In this document: positions 60,814 to 64,000 of the stretch, one piece after another
Position numbering within the stretch: the first letter of the stretch is position 1
Layout: each line of letters begins with the position of its first letter
Source of the DNA: Candidatus Hodarchaeota archaeon
GTDB lineage: Archaea > Asgardarchaeota > Lokiarchaeia > Sigyniarchaeales > SOKP01
Direction of reading: 5' to 3'
Assembly: GCA_048886685.1 (NCBI GenBank)
Contig: JBHLKM010000005.1
Span: 74,958-138,957 of the forward strand
DNA length: 64,000 bases
The notes under the pieces: generated by a model
Told to the model about the DNA's origin: nothing
Seen by the model: the letters and a program-made list of their open reading frames with translations, nothing else
The model's database searches: none
Made by a program: the position numbers and the translations under genes

Positions 60814-61665
60814 ATGAATTTACAGTTTTATGAAACAATACAAGATAAGTCAAAAAAATATTTGACATATTTAATTGACCAGATATTGCCAAAATTCACA
60901 ATCAGTGAATTTAAATATTTTTTAGAAGATGTAACAGAGAATACTAGTAAAACCAGTAAGGGAAGAAAGGGAACAAATGAAGAACAAACAGTAGAATTTA
61001 TCAAAACTGGTGATGACAATGAAAAATTTGCAGATTTATCAAAATTAGATGAAAATCAAATAAAGACTCTATTTCAAATTTTCATCAGTAGGGAAATTAA
61101 TGACAAAATGGCAGTGAGATGGCGATTTTATCAATATATAAAATATCACCGAGGTCTAAATATAAAAGTTATAAAACTTAATAGAACATCTGAGCATTTC
61201 ATTGATTTCATTATTGAAACAGAAGAAAATGAAAAATTAATTGTTTCATGCCATGATATTCTGGAATTAAATAGCTTTAAGGAGGTTTTAAATAAAACTC
61301 CGGAGTTTGCCAAAAATCAAAAATTGAACCCTGATAGGATGATTTTTTCTGTTTACAAATCATTTCGAAACATACCAATTGAAGAGCCGTTCAAAATCGA
61401 AAACAAAGAGATAACTCCAGAGTTATGGATCGAATGGATTGAAGAAAATCTTCCTTTTAATAAAGAAGATCTTTTAATAGTCAATAATTCAGAATTAAAA
61501 CTAGCAGGATTTAACTTTACTAGTACGGAGGATTTGCTTAATTACGTATACTATAATTCGAAGGGTGGTCAAATTTCAATTTTTAAACAATCAGATTTTT
61601 TTACTGAAGCCTCTGATAATGAAGCTGAAATAGAATTACTTTGGAAAGGAATTATGATTAAATAA
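60814..61665 (+). CDS. Hypothetical protein in che cluster (possible degenerate PD-(D/E)xK fold)
   Basis: GGAGG SD; HFIDFIIETEENEKLIVSC. Confidence 0.55.
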   Translation: MNLQFYETIQDKSKKYLTYLIDQILPKFTISEFKYFLEDVTENTSKTSKGRKGTNEEQTVEFIKTGDDNEKFADLSKLDENQIKTLFQIFISREINDKMAVRWRFYQYIKYHRGLNIKVIKLNRTSEHFIDFIIETEENEKLIVSCHDILELNSFKEVLNKTPEFAKNQKLNPDRMIFSVYKSFRNIPIEEPFKIENKEITPELWIEWIEENLPFNKEDLLIVNNSELKLAGFNFTSTEDLLNYVYYNSKGGQISIFKQSDFFTEASDNEAEIELLWKGIMIK

Positions 61666-61697
61666 TATACAAAATAAGAAGGTAAAAGGTAATAAAA

Positions 61698-63677
61698 ATG
61701 ATAAAAAGTGAATATGAAAAAATTGAATATGGAGAAAATATAACTGCTGTTATTATAGAAGTTCAACATGAGAAATATCTAATTGAAGTTGAGAATGTCA
61801 AAGAGATATATCCACCTGGAGAATCTATAATTCCAGTGCCATTATCAGAAAAATCAATTGTCGGTGTCATTAACATCAGAGGAGAGATTTATTCCATTAT
61901 ATCATTACGGCATAATATTTTTGAAGATAGTGTAGATTATGGTTTAAATGAGCATTCAAGGATTTTACTTTTGGAATGGGAAGATTTAAATATTGCCTTA
62001 CTAGTGGACTCAGTAATCGGTGTTAGAGAATTTCCAATTTCAATTTTTAAACAGCAAGGTACAATTGTAAAAACCAATATAGATTTTAAATTTATAAAAT
62101 TAACAGGTGTTTTTCAAGATGAACCATTTATTCTTTTAGATTTGGATGCTTTAATCCAACCTTACACTAAGGCTTCCGAAAGAAGAATTGAAAAGAAAAC
62201 TAACGTAATCCCTATAGTACCGGAAAAACCAGAAGTTATACCTAAAAAAGCTAAAAAAGTTATAGAACCTGAAATAAGTTATACGGAATCTACCGTCATT
62301 CTCCCACAATCATCTAAAATGCCAAAATTAACAAAGATCCCTAATGTTGAAAAAATTGAATTGTCAGCTGATCAAAAAGATATCCTGAGAGAAATGGGGA
62401 ATATAGGAACTGGAAATGCAGTTACAGCATTATCACGACTCATCAAAAAGAAAATTGATGTAACTCTTACAGATGTAGGAATTATCTCTTTTGATCAATT
62501 ATCAGATCAGTTTGGTGGACCTAAGGAGAGGGTATGTGGAATTTTTTGTCATTTAGATGAACCTTCCCAATCTACTATATTGAATATTTTTGAGATGAAA
62601 CCTTTAATGAGTTTAATCGCAACTTTAGCTGGAAAAAAATCAAAAATTGATCCTAATAAAGTGAAAACTAAAAAAGATCTTGATGAATTCGCAATTTCAA
62701 CAATTACGGAAATGGGAAACATTATGGCGGGACACTATGCATCAGCATTAGCAGATTTATTGGAAACTAAATTAATGATCGATATACCAGAATTTGCAAT
62801 GAGTAATGCAGGTGAATTGGGGGAATTTCTCTCTCAAGAGCTTAATTCGATTGCTGACTTTATAATTATTATTAAAACATCTGTAAAGGTTTCTGATTTA
62901 AAATTAAAAGGTATTTTCTTTTTAATCCCAGGCATTAGAACTTTAAATATGTTTTTCAATAAACTTGGAATTGAACAGGAAATATCTGTTGGAAATTTAA
63001 AGGATAGCCAAGAATCAAAACAATTAGATGTTAACAAGTTGAAACTCACAGAACTTCAGAGAGATGCCCTACAAGAAGTTGGAAATATAGGTGCTGGAAA
63101 TGCTGCAAACGCTTTAGCTCAAATGATTAATAAAAGAGTTGACATTAATATTCCATTAGTAGAAATGGTTGAACTGGATGACTATGCAAATAAAATTAGT
63201 AAAAAAGATGAAAAACTTCTAGTTGCTTGGAGTAATATTATTGGAAAAACGAGAGCAACTGTTCTTACAATGTTTAATGTTAAAGATGCAATTGATATAA
63301 CCTCGATAATCGTTGATGATCCCGGTAAAAAGAAAATTGATTTAAGAAAAACTATTTCCAAGGCAGATGATTTTCCAGAACTATATAAAAGCGCTATTTC
63401 AGAATTGGGGCATATTTTAGGAAGTCATTATGTTAGTGCTATAGGAGATCTTTTAGGTATACGTTTAATGACCGAACCCCCTGATATGAGTGTGGATACT
63501 GGTCAACAACTATTTAGTATATTGAAAGAAGAAATAGGGCTCTTAAAGAAATTATCTCTGGTAATTACCACAAGTGTTATTATTAAAGATATTGAAATTG
63601 TAGGTACATTCTTATTTATTCCAAGTCTCGATACTTTACAAGATCTTTTAGACGCTTTACTAAATTTCTACTCTTAA
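61698..63677 (+). CDS. CheW-CheC-CheC fusion protein
   Basis: N-terminal CheW (VPLS..SIVGVINIRGEI, LLVDSV), Pro/Lys linker, CheC motifs EMGNIG, EMGNIM, EVGNIG, ELGHIL. Confidence 0.9.
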   Translation: MIKSEYEKIEYGENITAVIIEVQHEKYLIEVENVKEIYPPGESIIPVPLSEKSIVGVINIRGEIYSIISLRHNIFEDSVDYGLNEHSRILLLEWEDLNIALLVDSVIGVREFPISIFKQQGTIVKTNIDFKFIKLTGVFQDEPFILLDLDALIQPYTKASERRIEKKTNVIPIVPEKPEVIPKKAKKVIEPEISYTESTVILPQSSKMPKLTKIPNVEKIELSADQKDILREMGNIGTGNAVTALSRLIKKKIDVTLTDVGIISFDQLSDQFGGPKERVCGIFCHLDEPSQSTILNIFEMKPLMSLIATLAGKKSKIDPNKVKTKKDLDEFAISTITEMGNIMAGHYASALADLLETKLMIDIPEFAMSNAGELGEFLSQELNSIADFIIIIKTSVKVSDLKLKGIFFLIPGIRTLNMFFNKLGIEQEISVGNLKDSQESKQLDVNKLKLTELQRDALQEVGNIGAGNAANALAQMINKRVDINIPLVEMVELDDYANKISKKDEKLLVAWSNIIGKTRATVLTMFNVKDAIDITSIIVDDPGKKKIDLRKTISKADDFPELYKSAISELGHILGSHYVSAIGDLLGIRLMTEPPDMSVDTGQQLFSILKEEIGLLKKLSLVITTSVIIKDIEIVGTFLFIPSLDTLQDLLDALLNFYS

Positions 63678-63785
63678 ATTTATTCTTTTCTAAAAATATA
63701 TTTAATATATTTTTTTTTTCAATTTTAAGAAAAGTTTTTGAAACTTAAAACAAGTATTTTGAGCCCAAAAAAAGATGAACGAATT

Positions 63786-64000
63786 ATGTTAAGAACTGGT
63801 TATTACGATTATATATATAAGGTAGATGGAGAAACAATAAAATTAAAACCAGAAAAAATTTTTGATCCTTCAGGAGTATATTTAATCGTAGATAAAGAGT
63901 TAAAACTCATATGGATTTGGGCAGGTAGCCATTCTCGTTTATTTCATAGGTATATGGCTGCGAACTGGGCTGGGAAATTAAAAACTAAAAAAAAATTCTA
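63786..64000 (+). CDS. Gelsolin/villin-like domain protein (partial, runs off window)
   Basis: Manual translation MLRTGYYDYIYKVDGETIKLKPEKIFDPSGVYLIVDKELKLIWIWAGSHSRLFHRYMAANWAGKLK...; matches the gelsolin-domain pattern V(Y/F)L.D....IWIW.G..S. Confidence 0.72.
   Translation, partial: MLRTGYYDYIYKVDGETIKLKPEKIFDPSGVYLIVDKELKLIWIWAGSHSRLFHRYMAANWAGKLKTKKKF

Noticed and set aside
4859-63049. Many short ORFs antisense to or nested in long genes (e.g. 9666, 12849, 13332, 24302, 31189, 39048, 49507, 56273, 58029, 62834)
   Set aside because: Shadow frames of well-supported genes, with no motifs or compositional anomaly.
1-64000. CRISPR arrays, IS elements, rRNA, prophage
   Set aside because: No repeat-spacer array, transposase, integrase or rRNA-like sequence was seen.

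Overview
AT-rich archaeal window, most likely an Asgard archaeon of the Lokiarchaeia. This assignment is inferred from roadblock, longin/uDENN-like, gelsolin-like and ubiquitin-like genes, a Loki-type LRR protein, an SmAP-rpl37e pair, proteasome beta and archaeal SepF. Most of the window is housekeeping and metabolic genes. Main highlights: (1) a gamma-carbonic-anhydrase-family gene split by a 31-nt insertion that folds into a relaxed bulge-helix-bulge (BHB) motif, a candidate EndA-spliced mRNA intron, in a window that also holds a probable endA 5' end and a tRNA-Leu(UAA) with three 30-32-nt BHB introns; (2) a chemotaxis-like operon (CheW, CheY, CheA, CheW-CheC-CheC fusion) with no MCP/CheB/CheR/CheD/CheF or archaellum gene in view, containing instead a longin-like gene, a multi-Ig-like gene and an unknown gene, and followed by a gelsolin-domain gene; (3) an inositol cluster (MIPS, four ATP-grasp/ITPK1-like genes, HAD phosphatase with a polybasic tail); (4) a CorA-like membrane protein fused to an ADP-ribose-type Nudix domain next to nadA; (5) at least two genes that seem to start at ATT; (6) a GC-rich patch with an open antisense frame inside a uDENN/longin-like gene. 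All product calls come from motif recognition by eye; no database searches were run.
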